Source: the human T2T-CHM13v2.0 reference genome, Homo sapiens. Taken from it: a stretch of DNA of 64,000 nt. The position numbers and the translations under genes are program-made. How positions within the stretch are numbered: the first letter of the stretch is position 1; each line of letters starts with the position of its first letter. The stretch lies in NCBI RefSeq assembly GCF_009914755.1, contig NC_060925.1; one strand, given 5' to 3'. The notes beneath the pieces are model-generated. The model was not told the origin of the DNA and did no database searches. It saw only the letters and a program-made list of their open reading frames with translations. Below, piece by piece: positions 1 through 17,539 of this stretch.

Positions 1-3000
<3,000 letters not shown>

Positions 3001-4510
3001 GAACATGCTCCTTTAGTTCAGAGGAGTTTGTTATTACCCACCTTCTGAATCCTACTTCTGTCAACTCGTCAAACTCATTTTTCTGTTGAGTTTTGTTCCC
3101 TTGCTGGTGAGGAGTTGTGATCCTTTGGAGGAGAAGAGGCATTCTGGTTTTGGGAACTTTCAGCATTTTTGCACTGGTTTTTCCTCATCTTCGTGGATTT
3201 ATCTACCTTTGATCTTTGATGCTGATGACCTTCAGATGGGGTTTTTGTGTGGGTGTCCTTTTTGATGATGTTGATGTTATTGCTTTCTGTTTGTTAGTTT
3301 TTCTTCTAACAGTCAGGCCTCTCTTCTGCAGGTCTGCTGGAGTTTGCTGGAGGTCTACTGCAAACCCTGTTTGCCTGGGTATCAGCAGTGGAGGCTGCAG
3401 AACAGCAAAGATTGCTGCCTTCTCCTTCCTCTGGAAGCTTCATCCCAGAGGGGCACCTGCCAGATGCCAGTCAGAGCTCTCCTGTATGAGCTGCCTGTTG
3501 ACCCATGCTGGGACATGTCTCCCAGTCAGGAGGCATGGGGGTCAGGGACCCACTTGAGGAGGCAGTCTGTCCCTTAGCAAAGCTCGAGCACTGTTCTGGG
3601 AGATCCACTGCTCTCTTCAGAGCTGGCAGGCAGAAACGTTTAATTCTGCTGAAGCTGTGCCCACAACCACCCCATCCCCCAGTGCTCTGTCTCCGGGAGA
3701 TGGGACTTTTATTTATGACCTTCTGACTGGGGTTGCTGCCTTTCTTTCAGAGATGCCTTGCCAAGAGTGGAGGAATCTAGAGAAGCAGTCTGGCTATAGT
3801 AGCTTTGCTGTGCTGTGGTGAGTTCCACCCAGTCCAAACTTCCCAGTGGCTTTGTTTACACTGTCAGAGGAAAACTGCCTACACAAGGTTCAGTAATGGC
3901 AGATGCCCCTCTCCCCACCAAGCTCAAGCTCCCCTGGTTGACTTCAGAATGCTGTGCTGGCAGTGGAAATTTCAAGCTAGTAGATCTTAGCTTGCTGGGC
4001 TCCATGCTGGTGGGGCACACTGAGCAAGACCACTTGGCTCCCTGGCTTCAGCCCCTTTCAAAGGAGTGAAATGGTTCTGTCTTGCTGGTGTTCCAGGCAC
4101 CACTGGGGTACAAAAAATAACTCCTGCAGCTAGCTCAATGTCTGCCCAAATGGCCACCCAGTTTTGTGCATGAAACCCAGGGCCCTGGTGGTGTAGGCAC
4201 CAAAGGGAATATCCTGGTCTGCAGGTTGCAAAATCTGGGGGAAAAGCATGGTATCTTGGCCAGATATCACAGTCCCTCATGGCTTCCCTTGGCTAGGGAA
4301 GGTAGTTTCCAGACCCCTTGTGCTTCCTGGGTGAGGCGACACCCCACCCTGCTTCTGCTCACTCATGGGCTGCGTCCACTGTCTAACCAGTCCCAATGAG
4401 ATGAACCGGGTACCTCAGTTGGAAATGCAGAAATCACCCGCCTTCTGCGTTGGTCTCACTGGGAGCTGCAGATTGGAGCTGTTCTTATTCAGCCATGTTG
4501 CCAGATTCCC
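3001..4510 (-). mobile_element. Older LINE-1 (L1PA7/8-like) 5'UTR and start of ORF1, antisense, interrupted at 3001
   Basis: Reverse complement at ~4510 reads 'gggaatctggcaacatggctgaataagaacagctcc' (L1 5' end). ORF1 ATG at 3188 (minus: ATGAGGAAAAACCAGTGC...) is homologous to 52108 onward of the L1 later in the window. Confidence 0.92.
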
Positions 4511-4997
4511 ATACTCTCTATCTATTAAACAGTGCAGCAGAGGAAAATCAGAGGAAAGGGAAAAAAAAGCAGGTGTCATTAGAATACTTGGAAAAATAGT
4601 AGGTACTTTGGAGAATTGTGGTCATTTAAAAGAAGCTCAGAAGTCTAAATTAGATGTCATTGTAAATGGGTTGATAAAAAGAAAAGGGAAATTGACCATG
4701 ATTCCACTGTTAGTCCTTCACTTTTTATTCAGGTCTCAAATTGGCTGCTGCTTTGGTGGACTGATAATTTCAGGACACAGAGTGGAGGGTCTTTAATCTG
4801 GCAGCAAAGATGGAGTGCTTGTGCTGAAAGTTCAGGGACATACTAAGAAAGAACATGTCTATGGGTGACTGTCTGGCTGTTGCAGCAGTAACAGTGCCAT
4901 TGTGGGACAGGATGCCTAGATGACCATGATCCTTGAAGATGACCTCCATTACCCTGATTTGTGTGGCAACATGTGACTTGGAAAAAAATGGAAGCTT

Positions 4998-5388
4998 CAT
5001 GATTTAGTCTGTTTGTGCTAGTATAACAAAATGTATGAGGTCGGATAACTTACAAACAATTGGAACTTATTTCTCATGTTCTAGAGGCTGGGAAGTCAGT
5101 AATGAAGGTCCTGTTATGTTCCATGTGTGGTGAGAGCCCAGCATCTCCTTCCAAGACAGCATCTTGTTGCTGCATTCTCTGCAAGAGATGGACACTGTGT
5201 CTTCACATGGTGGGAGAATGGAAGGAGCCACCTAGTTCTTTCAAGCCCTCTTATAAGGTCACAGTCCCATTCATGAGGACCCTGTCATCATATATTAATC
5301 ATTTCCTAAAGGAACCAGTTTAAATCCTATCACATTGGCAATTAAAATTCAACCTATGGATCTGGAAGAGATATATTAAGACCATACA
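4998..5388 (-). mobile_element. MaLR solo LTR (MLT1A/MST-like)
   Basis: 'ttagtctgtttgtgctagtataacaaaa...ttatttctcatgttctagaggctgggaagtc...cccattcatgagg...accataca' resembles the reverse complement of the MLT1A/MST consensus as I recall it. Confidence 0.75.
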
Positions 5389-6829
5389 ATTTCACAAGAT
5401 CAAGAAGGAATACGGGACAAGGGTAATCTTGGTATAGCCTAACTCATGCACTGCTGCAAGGGACTTTGGGAATATTTTTTACTTCAAGTCACAGAGCCAA
5501 GGCCAGAGACAAGAAAAAACACAGGAGTGAAGGAAAGAGTAAAATATTCATTGTCAAGACCTAGAATGTTACGGGATTTTATGGCCCATTGACTAATATT
5601 TATTCTGTGCAATGCAATGACCTTCAAGAAAAGTAGCAGAGAGTTTTCAGATCAGGGATTCAGGAACCATAGAAACAAATTAAAATTGACTACTTCAGTT
5701 CTTCAAGAGTAAATAAGAAAGGATATATCTTTATTTTGGTCATATTGGATAGCTTTAGTAGATAGATGGAGGCTTTCTCAATAAAGTACTACAGAGCTAA
5801 ATAAATGGCAGAGACTTAAGTCTAGGAAATCTCCTCTTACTCAGGAGTCTCCAAGAACATGACCTCAGACATTGGGCAGACTCATTAGAGAGCTCTCCCA
5901 CCAGCCATGTCCTACAGCATATGATCAAACCTAGGCAGACTTTGCTGTCCTCTGGCCTGTTCCCCAACCCTCATACCCTTGTCCCCATCAGGAATCTGCC
6001 TCGCAGACAGTGGGACTTGGTGCCCTTTCTAGATATTTACTCTTTGGAAGTTCACATCTAGATCATAGAACTCTTTCTCACATACAACTTTTCTCACTCT
6101 CTTTTTATTTGTGTTCAATTCATAGCCATGGTCTCATGATTCTCCTCACATCAGAAAAAGATAAGAACATCTCAGTACTAAATTGTTCTTTGTGGTTAAA
6201 TAAATAAATAAGTAAAGCCTTGAAGATAAGACTTGAAATCAGAGAAAACATAAGCAGGATGACATCCACCTCTCCAAACACCCAATCACAGTCTCATAAA
6301 TCATTTTTTTTTCATGCTTTCATGCTGGCTAGTAATCATGTTGCAAAATTTACCAAAGTTTCTTTTTATTACAGGGACTTCAAAGCAGGCATAACGGACT
6401 GCTTAAGGTCATCTCTTCAACCCTGAAATCACCAGCTGAGGACTTGTGGGATTCAACAGAGATTGGTTTGTGGTAAGAGTGAAACAAATCACATGAGCAT
6501 ATAGTATTATGCTGGTATACAGACAATGCAGACAATGATGTTAGCTTACTTTATAAGAGAATGTAGTAGAAGCTCTCTTTGAATACATCCACCTGGTGAT
6601 AACTGTGCTCCTGGACACACATGTGTGTAATTTTTTAAGATGTGTCTGTACTCAGAGGACAAGATCCAAAATTCCAAGGGAAATGGCAAGAATATTAAGA
6701 TAATGCCAAAATACTTTTCTCCACTGCTCAGAAACAGGGAAAAATGAATGTCCACAGTAAACTGAAGAGGTGCATATAAAATCTCAGAAGGAATCTCTTA
6801 ACTCCTAGAAATTCTTACATTTGTAATGC

Positions 6830-8155
6830 AATCTGATACAAACATAGGCAAAAGACCTGAACAGACACCTTGCCAAAGAAGATGTATAGAATGCAAAAAA
6901 CCATGTAAAAAGATATTCAACATCATATGTCATTAGAGAATTGCAAACTAAAATGAAAATAAGATACCACTGCACATCCATTAGAATGGTGAAAATCCAC
7001 AACACTGACAACATCAAATGCTAGCAAGAATGTGGAGCATCAAGAATGCTCATCCATTGCTGGTGGGGATGCAAAATGGTACAGACACTTTGTAAGGCAG
7101 TTTGGCAGTTTTTTTTAAAACTAAACATATTCTTACCATATGATCCAGCAATCATGCTTTATTTAATTTACACAAATAAATTGGAAACTTATTTCTTAAA
7201 ACTTACTTTGAAGTTAGATCTTCTTTTTTTTTTTTCTTTCTTTTTTTTTTTTTTTTTTTTTTGGACAGAGTTTCGCTCTTGTTGCACAGGCTGGAATGCA
7301 ATGGCATGATCTTGGCTCACTGAAACCTTTGCCTCCAGGGTTCAAGTGATTCTCCTGCCTCAGCCTCCCGAGTAGCTGGGATTACAGGCATTCACCACCA
7401 TGCCTGGCTAATGTTGTGTTTTTATTAGAGACGGGGTTTCTTCATGTTGGTCAGGCTGGTTTTGAACTCCCAACCTCAGGTGATATGCCCACCTCGGCCT
7501 CCCAAAGTGCTGGGATTACAGGCATGAGTCATTGTGCCTGGCTGGTTAGATCTTTATAGGGGTTTTATTCATGATTATCAAAACTTGGAAGAAGTCAAAT
7601 TGTCTTTCGAAAATTGAATGCATAAACAAACTGTGGTACATCCAGACAATGATATATTATTCAGTGATAAAGAAGAAAAAAGCAATCAAGCCATAAAAAG
7701 ACATGGAGGAAACTTAAATGTATATAAATGGAAGAAGCCAAAATGAACGGGGTACATGCACTGTGATTCCAACTATATGACATTCTAGAAAAGGCAAAAC
7801 CTTGGAGACAGTAAAAACATCAATGGCTGTCAGGGTCAGGGTGCACAAAGGAATGAATAGGTAGAGGACAAAGATTTTAGGGCAGATGATACTAAAATGG
7901 TGGTGATATGTCATTATACATTTGTCAAAACTCAGAGAATGTAGAATACCAAGAGTAAACTTTGGACTTTGAGTGATAAAGATGTGTCAATGCAGGTCAA
8001 TTCATTTTAATAAATGTACCATCCTGGTGGAGGGTGTTGATAGTGGGGGAGGTTATGTATGTTTGGATGTGGGAGTATACGAGAACTATCTGCTGTTTCC
8101 CTTAATCTTGTTGTGAAGTTAAAACTATTATAGAAAATAAAGCCCACTTTAAAAC
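6830..8155 (+). mobile_element. Ancient L1 (L1MC-like) 3' end, interrupted by an Alu
   Basis: ORF2 C-terminal remnant 'gcaaaagacctgaacagacacct...' and L1MC-type terminus 'ttgttgtgaagttaaaactattatagaaaataaagcc'. Confidence 0.8.
7223..7543 (-). mobile_element. Alu (AluSp-like)
   Basis: Poly-T followed by 'gagtttcgctcttgttgc...aatggc...ttggtcaggctgg'. TSD GTTAGATCTT at 7213-7222 and 7545-7554. Confidence 0.93.
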
Positions 8156-8624
8156 TTAAATGAGATAATACATGCAAAGCACCTGATATATAGTAAAGGG
8201 CTCAATTAATATATTATTAGAGCTCATATGTAGAGCTTTCTATGTGCAAGGAGATGTCCCGTATGACCTATTGGTCTGATCTTAACTGATTCATCTTTAA
8301 AATAAAGTTCTAGAGTGGACTTGCTGGGTCAAGTGTGTGAAAGTTTAAAATATTTTGTCAGATACTCACTAGAAATTTTCATCAACTTACACTTCCAAAA
8401 ATAACACGCCTGTTTCCCCACATCTTCACCAACACTTAGTAACTTGAGATATTTTAATATTTGCTAAACTACTTGTGGCTTTCATACTGGGTTCAATGAA
8501 GGGTTCATGTTCTTTGTAATGCAAAAGAAATCCCCACAGAAAAAGGCACCTCACTGGAAGTATGACAATCTACCTTTTTTTTCCTTAAACATTGGAATTT
8601 CAAGAGCTCTTGCATCAGCATAAA

Positions 8625-9002
8625 GTTTGATTTCCTCTGAAAACTCAACTGGGGAAAGATCTAATTTCAAGCTCCCTTGCAGAGTTCTTGGGAGATTCAG
8701 TTCCTTGCAGGTTACTAAACTGAAAACCTCAGTTCCCCCTTGACTGTTGGATGCCTTCAGTCCCTTGCTATATTGTCCTCTCCAGCATGGCAGCTTGCTT
8801 CATCAAAGCCAATGAGAAAGCAGAAGTGTAAAAGCAAGATGGAAGTCACAATACTTTCTAATCTAATCATGGATGTAATATTTCATCACTTTTGTCCTAT
8901 TATACCGGTTAAAACAATTCACTAGTTTTAGCCCACGTACAAGGGAATGAATACCAGGAGGTAGAGATCACTGGATTCACCTTAGAGGCTGGCTACTATA
9001 CC
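8625..9002 (-). mobile_element. MLT1-family LTR remnant (unit 1)
   Basis: 'cagcatggcagcttgcttcatcaaagcca...cttagaggctggctactata' is typical of MLT1 termini. Boundaries approximate. Confidence 0.6.
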
Positions 9003-9759
9003 ATCACTGTCAGCATCTAGAGCACCTGGTTGAATGCCATCTATGTGACCTCACCCCACCCAAGATAACTGGCAGACAGAGTAATAAGTAGAAGAAGGAA
9101 ATCAGATTTTTCTAAAGCCTACTCCTTCCTCACTTTGAAGGCCTTCTGGGAAAGACAGCAAAGTTGAGCTCATATAAACCAAAAGCTCTGGTCCCAGTTC
9201 TCCCTGTATGGTGGGGAGAATTGCCCATTCTTTCTTACTTCTGACAACTGGCTCTTCAAGTACACTTCAAATACCTGAGAACCTATTCATATCCATTCTC
9301 TGAATGGGAAGAAAATTGCTCCTCCTTGGCAAACATCTTTGGCCTGGGCAAAAGTCCCAGGCTCTCATTAGTATGGGAAACTTTCCACTTTTTTCATTTT
9401 TGTGGTCACTGTTCTCTTCTATATCCTTTTATGTATTAGTCCATAAGCACTAAGTTTTGAAAGCACTAAGACATTCTAGAGTCCTTGATTGTTCACCCAT
9501 ACTTCCATTTCTTTATTCAATAAACATGTATTAAGTTCCTATTATGTCAGATGTGCAAATTCTTATGGTAATAAAAAGATGTATGAGACATAGACACTTT
9601 ATTTAGTCAAACACTCAACAATATTTGAACATCTACTGTGTACAAGGTGCTAAGGATCAATAAAGGAGTAGTGCAGTTTAAGACAACACAACAAAAACAA
9701 ACTCTTCACTCCACTGGCTGTAACACATTTCTACTCTGAGATCTTCATGGCACAACTTC

Positions 9760-10245
9760 TTGAACAAGTGTTGTTTTCAATAGTCACTCTCTTCACATTT
9801 TTCTTCTATTCCTCAACATACAGAAGAAACGTGTGTTGGACTTTCCAGTTGAACTTTCAACCCAACTATTTGTGGAAATTGCTATTACCAAATTACTTAT
9901 GATGTTGCCAAAACAAATGATCAATTCTCTTCCTGTTACATTTCATGCATCAGAAGCATCCAACATAGTGGACCACATTCTTTTTGAAATACTTTCTTCA
10001 CTTGACTTTTACAACGCCATCCGCTCCTAATTTTCCTCCTGCCGGCCACCGACTCCTACTCAGTATCTTTAGCTGGCCCCTCCTCCTCTGTTCAACCTCT
10101 AAATGTCGATATGTCTATTCCAGGATTCAGTCTAGAAACTTTTCCTTTTATCCTTGAATATTCTTACCCTAGCTTATTTCATCTAGTCCTGGGCTTTTAA
10201 AAATCACTTTACGCTACTCATGTCCAAGTTGATCTCTCTAGGACT
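9760..10245 (+). mobile_element. L2 fragment (unit 1; paralogue at ~34770-35255)
   Basis: 'agcatccaacatagtggaccacattctttttgaaatactttcttcacttgac' is an L2 RT-region-like stretch. Boundaries approximate. Confidence 0.6.
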
Positions 10246-10716
10246 ATAGCACAAGGGGTATAATTATTCTAAAGTAACCCAGAAGTTTAATAAGCTGGCC
10301 AAGAAGAGGGATTTTCTTTTTCCCAGCATGAGGGACTCTACCTAGTATATGTCTCTATAGAATGGGTGGCTTTCTCTCCTAAGAAAAGGAAAACCCTTTG
10401 CACGAGCCCCAAAAACTCTAGGTTCTGGGCAGTTGATTTTCCCAGATAATGTTGTGAACAGCTGGCACCTAAATCTAGACTGTTTCACACCAAAAGCCTG
10501 TGTGTTCCTCCATTGATAAAGCTGTGTCCTCATGCTAACATGATAAAAAATTATAGTAAGGGAAACTAGTCTTCCTACACTGAAACACAGACTCATATTG
10601 TGAGCCCAGTAATTTCCTGACCATTTATGCATCAGTGTAAGACAGGAGGATGGGGAAATCATGCAATCTATTCTTTTGCTGATTAGTAATCTTTGTGAGT
10701 TTTCCTAATACAGCAT

Positions 10717-12004
<1,288 letters not shown>

Positions 12005-12124
12005 TACAGCATATTATTTAACCCATAATTATCATATTGAGAAATTCTTTGCGAAATCTGGTACCAATAGGTGGTGACTCAGATGGGCATCACTTGACAT
12101 AGCATGCTGACCTTCCCCGAGCAT

Positions 12125-13420
12125 CATGTGGACAATTCAGTTGTCTCAGTATTACTTGTTTAAAAGACTATCCTTTTGCTCCAATGAATTACTTTTGTGA
12201 AAATCAATTGACCCTATGATTTTGGCCGTTAACTAACACATAAGCAATAATTTCCTCAAAATGGATTATAGGCCTAAATTTAAAGGCCAAATTATACACC
12301 TCTTAGGAGAAAACATAGATTAACATACTCATGAACTTGAGTTCGACAAAATCCCGATGTTTCCTGGTAGAAGAAAAAAGTTGAAATATTGAGTCATGAT
12401 CAAAACTAAAACTGTTTGCATTTTAAAAGACATCAATAAGATAATGGAAATATAATCCAGAGACTGAGAAAAAAATTTCAAGTCATACATTTGATAAAAG
12501 ATTTGTATCCAAAATATAAAATACACTGACAACTAAATAGCAAAAAGATAAATAAGCCAATTTTAAGTTGGGCAAAATATTTGAATAGCCATTGCACCAA
12601 AAGGTGTAGGAATAGCTAATAAAGCACATGAAAAGATGGTCAGTATCATCAGTCAGCAGGGAAATGCAAATCAAAACTACAATGACACACCACTTCTTAC
12701 CCACTAGAATGCTATGATAAAAATGAAGGACAATAACAATTGAGGAAGTGAAATAACAATGATGTGGAAAAATTGAAATACTCATGCATTGTTGATGGGA
12801 CATGCAGCCATGTTGGAAAGCAGTTTGGCAGTTTCTTAAAACGTTGAAGATACATTTACCATATTACCTAGCACTTTCATTCCTTGTTGTCTACTCCAAA
12901 GGAAAAAAACCTATGTCCACACAACACATGAATGTGAATATTAGTAGCAGCTTTATCCATAATAGTCCATAAAGTAGAAACACATCAAATATCTATCAGC
13001 TGATGAAACAATAAACAAATGGGAGTGATCCATACAATTTAATAGAATTTAGCACCTAAAAAAATAAAATATTGATACGTGCTACAACACAGGTGAACCA
13101 CAAAAGCACATTAATCTAAGTGAAAGAAGACAGATACAAAAAACCACATGTTGTATGACTCTATTTTTATGATATCCAGAAAAGACAAATCTGTAGTGTC
13201 AGTAAGTCAATTAGGGGTTGTCTGGAGCTGGGGAGTGGGAATAAGGGGTGGTATTGATGAGCATGAGGGATTTCTTAGGAATTATAGAAATGTTCCAAAA
13301 CAAGATTGTGATGATGGTCAAACAAGTCTAAAATTTTACTAAAAATAATTAAACTGTACACTTAAAATAGGTGAATGTTATGATATGTCAATTATACCTC
13401 AGTAAAGCTGTTTAAAAACA
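12125..13420 (+). mobile_element. Ancient L1M (L1ME-like) 3' part with a short inverted 5' segment (unit 1; paralogue ~37145-38430)
   Basis: ORF2 3' remnants 'gaaatgcaaatcaaaactacaatg' and terminus 'aattatacctcagtaaagctgtt'. 12130-12220 is L1 in antisense. Confidence 0.75.
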
Positions 13421-13894
13421 AAAGAATGTTAGCAGTGTGGCCTTATTGACCCCTAATCAGTCTTGCTCTTTGTTTTATTTCTTGCTTTCTTTAGTGCTTA
13501 CATTTATTAGTTTCACTCAGAGACTCCAAGAGACACTGGCTGAAATCTACCAGCCTCCAGAACTCTCAACTGCTAAGGGAATGAGTGACCCTCTCCTGAA
13601 GGCGATGGGGATTGTTAAGGTGCACTCCAGCATCTGTTATAGCACGTAAAGGCACATGATGCACCTGAGTGGTTTCAGGTAGTGCTCCACACGTCTCAGC
13701 AAGATCCAGGGCCTGCAGCTAGTTCTCTTAGCTTCAGAGAACAAGCTGCTGCATCCTGGGTCACAGGGCTAATCTTTCCTAGGCAAGTGCGTTTGAAGCG
13801 TTGATAGTCAGATCCCAAGTAGAAGGTGAATGTCTACAACATGGGAGGAGGGCAAGACCTAGAGTGGGGTTTCAAACCAAATCATTTCTGGAGT

Positions 13895-14640
13895 ATTACT
13901 TCCAACAATTGCAGAAAGCATTCTTGTTAAGTGCTTATGGCATGTTCACCAACATAGACCATATGCTGCACCATAAAACAAGTCTCAATATATATCCAAA
14001 GATCAAAATCATACAGAGTATATGCTCTGGCCACAATAGTATTTGATTATAAAGGCATAACAATAAGATATCTAGAAAATCCCCAACTTTTAGAAAACAA
14101 GCAGCATGCTTCTGATTAACACTTGGGTCAAAGAAGAAATCACAAGAAAATATTTTAAACATCATTAACTGAATGATGATAAACCAGCATTAAAATGTTA
14201 GATACAGCTAACATAGTGTTTAAAGAGAAATTTACAACTTTAATTGTCTATACTGGAAATGAGCAAAGGAGTAAAGTTAATTATCTATGATTTTATCATA
14301 AGAATCCTGAAAAAGAAGAGTGAAATAAACCCAAAGTCAATAAATGTAAGTCAATTAAAAAATAATGAAAATCATGAAATAGAAAAATGAACAAACAATA
14401 GAGACAACCAATGGTCAATTTTTCTATACTCCATGCACAATACCTATGAGGTGGATTGGGGGAAGGGCAGAGAGATAACAGAGAACAGGCAGAAAAATCT
14501 TTCTGGAGTGAAGGAAATGATCTATATCTTCTTTTGGGTGGTACTTAAATGGGCATATATGACTGTCAAGGTTCACTGACACTGAACACTGGAGATCTGG
14601 GCATTGTAATATTTATAAATTACATCTCGATTTTTTAAAA
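13895..14640 (+). mobile_element. Ancient L1M fragments (endonuclease region plus 3' end; paralogue ~38878-39745)
   Basis: Translation FTNIDHMLHHKTSLN resembles L1 EN 'YSKIDHI.G.K..L'. About 125 bp present in unit 2 (39430-39555) is missing here. Confidence 0.7.
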
Positions 14641-15260
14641 TAGAGGAAAGTGTCTTGGGGAGCTTACGATGGAGATATGTGGGCAGTTCTGGGGCATAGG
14701 CTTCAAAAGCACTTACAGCATCTCCAGGAATTTGCTGAGAATTGTTTTGCAGGCAAAAATATAAGATAAGTTCAAACATCTATGATAAAAGTAATTGTGG
14801 CATACAACTAAAAATCCCTATTCTTGTGGTACAGGTCATATCATTAAGTGGTTATCACTAGATAGCTTTCCTTCAATGATGTTCTTCATCTAGGAACACA
14901 GAAGTCTCCAGGGGAAAATGGCGATTGAAGTTTTGGATATATTGAGTTCGAAAGAAAGTCACCCCCATAAAACTTAGTGATTGGAGCTGTCACCCTTGCA
15001 AATTTCTAAACTCTGCAAGATAGCAGCAACATTTCAAATGATACTCTGACAGAGGAGATAATGGGCTAACGTAGATTTCCCTCCAGATGTATTTATTGCA
15101 CAAGGACAAAATTCACATTTCACTGGGAGATTTCTCCCACTCTAGTTTAAGATCACAGGTTGCAGATCCCAGACAGCTGGTATCAACTGGCCAGTATCAT
15201 GTTAAGACTAAACCCAAGACTCTATCACACTGCAGCCTTAAGATTGGATTTCTCCTACTG

Positions 15261-15415
15261 TTCCTGGGAAGAACTAGATATAACCTAAAGGTCACTATTC
15301 TCCTGAGATAAGGGATCCTGCAGGAGGAGACAGCAATGAGTATGTGGCCAGAGTACAAATTGATACGAGCTGGGCCAGAAGCCACAGTGCATAAAGCTTC
15401 AGACCTGCCACAGGG
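15261..15415 (+). promoter_or_regulatory. HSD3B-type proximal promoter remnant, copy 1
   Basis: TTCCTGGGAA (STAT6-type) 15261-15270, NBRE AAAGGTCA 15287-15294, ATAAA box 15391-15395. The positions equivalent to the HSD3B2 STAT5 and SF-1 sites are mutated. Confidence 0.75.
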
Positions 15416-15689
15416 GATGAGGTGACCAGCACCCTGATTACTCGGTCCACCTTTTAACGATCTAACAAATGGCTAGAGCTTTTTCATTTTTTTTTTTCAA
15501 CTACCACTGGCAGTGGTGGGGACACAGAATTTTTGCAAAAAAAGAGGGTGGAGGAAAATAAGGGATCTGTGTGAGTATATAACCATTTGACCACTCTTCT
15601 TAGCCCTCTCCTGGGTCACCTTAGAATCAGATCTGTTCCCCAGCATCTTCTGCTCCCTGGCGAGGGTTTCCTGCTACTTTGGATTAGCC

Positions 15690-15834
15690 ATGATGGGCTG
15701 GAACTTCCTTGTGACAGGAGCAGGAATGTTTCTGGATCAGAGAATCATCCATCTCTTGGTGAAGGAGAAGGAGCTGAAGGAGATCAGGGCTTTGGAAAAG
15801 GCCTTCAGACCAGAATTGAGGAAGGAATTTTCCA
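15690..15834 (+). pseudogene. Copy 1 exon 2 coding remnant (Rossmann fold)
   Basis: 145 nt, the same length as in copy 2. GxxGxxG is broken (TGAGMFLD). Ends 'tcca|taagta' instead of '|gtaagta'. Confidence 0.92.
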
Positions 15835-16324
15835 TAAGTAAACTTGAGTTATAGGTGTTTGGCTCCATCTTAAACCCTCCATGCATGTTGGGAGGTGGAA
15901 CTTGTCTAGCAAGTTATGGAAAGTTGTAGTCAAATCAAAGCCAATACCACATCCACAGTAATCAAAAAAGAAATATTAAATAGTATAAAATGGCATAGTG
16001 GGAAAGATACTGGATGGGATGTCCGGAGACTGGATTCTGGCCCTGACACAGAACTTGAGAGGTAGCCACCTCAGCCTCCATGCATTTTTTCTTCTCATCT
16101 AAAAAATCCCACATCAATTCTCTTTCTTGTCTACAACTCATTTATGTTCTGAAGCTTTTTGTCTTGCCAATTGCTGTGCAACATTCACAGAAAACACTAT
16201 TTATCTGGAGACCTCACCAGTGAGTCCCTGTCTCTCTAGACTGCCCCGGGCTTTGTTTCGTTTTGTAGCATCCTTAGCATCTTTAGTGAAGGTAAAATAA
16301 AAGGAAATGGAAAAAAAAAGATGA

Positions 16325-16450
16325 GTGTGTCAGTGTGTGTGTGCATTTGTGTGTGACAGAGAGAAATGAGGGGAGAGAGAATCACAAAGAGAGAATGAGA
16401 AAGACAGAGTGAGAGAGAGAGAGAGAGCATCAGTGAGAGGGAGAGAGTGC
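16325..16450 (+). repeat. (TG)n/(GA)n low-complexity tract in intron 2 (paralogue ~41875-42012)
   Basis: 'gtgtgtgtgtg...gagagagagagagagag'. Confidence 0.8.
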
Positions 16451-16642
16451 GCACTAGTGCACAGCACAGAGCAGAGCCAGAGTAAGAGGCAGTATGAGGC
16501 CAGACATGCCTCATTTAGATTTCACATATATGACTTTTTTTTAACCATTTGTCTGTTATCACCACAATAAGTTGACTGCAGAATTTGAAGTAGCAACTCC
16601 TTGTATGAATAGACCCATGAGGGAGTTAGAAGAGGGGTCACA

Positions 16643-17055
<413 letters not shown>

Positions 17056-17539
17056 TCATCACTTGGCCCTTGAGCTGATGCTTGGCAAGGTGGGTCTTCA
17101 GTCTCTTCCTTTGCCTCCATGTGTGTCCCAAACCAATTCCCTGTCATCTTCCCCAACCCAAATGATTGGGGGGACTGTGTGTCTACATGTGGGCTCTGGC
17201 TGCCCAGAGGGTCCTGCCCTGTGCACAGAGAAGCCCCCCATTGACAGCACTCCGGGACCACACCCAACAATCTAGTCTTCCTTTCACTCTTCTCTGACCT
17301 CTTCAAATGTCAGATTTCCTCCACTCTCTGTTTTAATGGTGTCTTTGATAAACAAATATTAATGCACGACCAATATTAAATGTTTGTAATCCTTGTGTCT
17401 CAGCAATATTTGCAATCTAACATCTGATATCAGGAAAAAAGCAATGCTCAGCCTAGAGGAACAGTTCCGCTATGGTGAAAATGCAGGGGGCATAATGGAT
17501 GGGCAGGGCCTGTATGAAGATAAAAACAGAGAATCCTTT

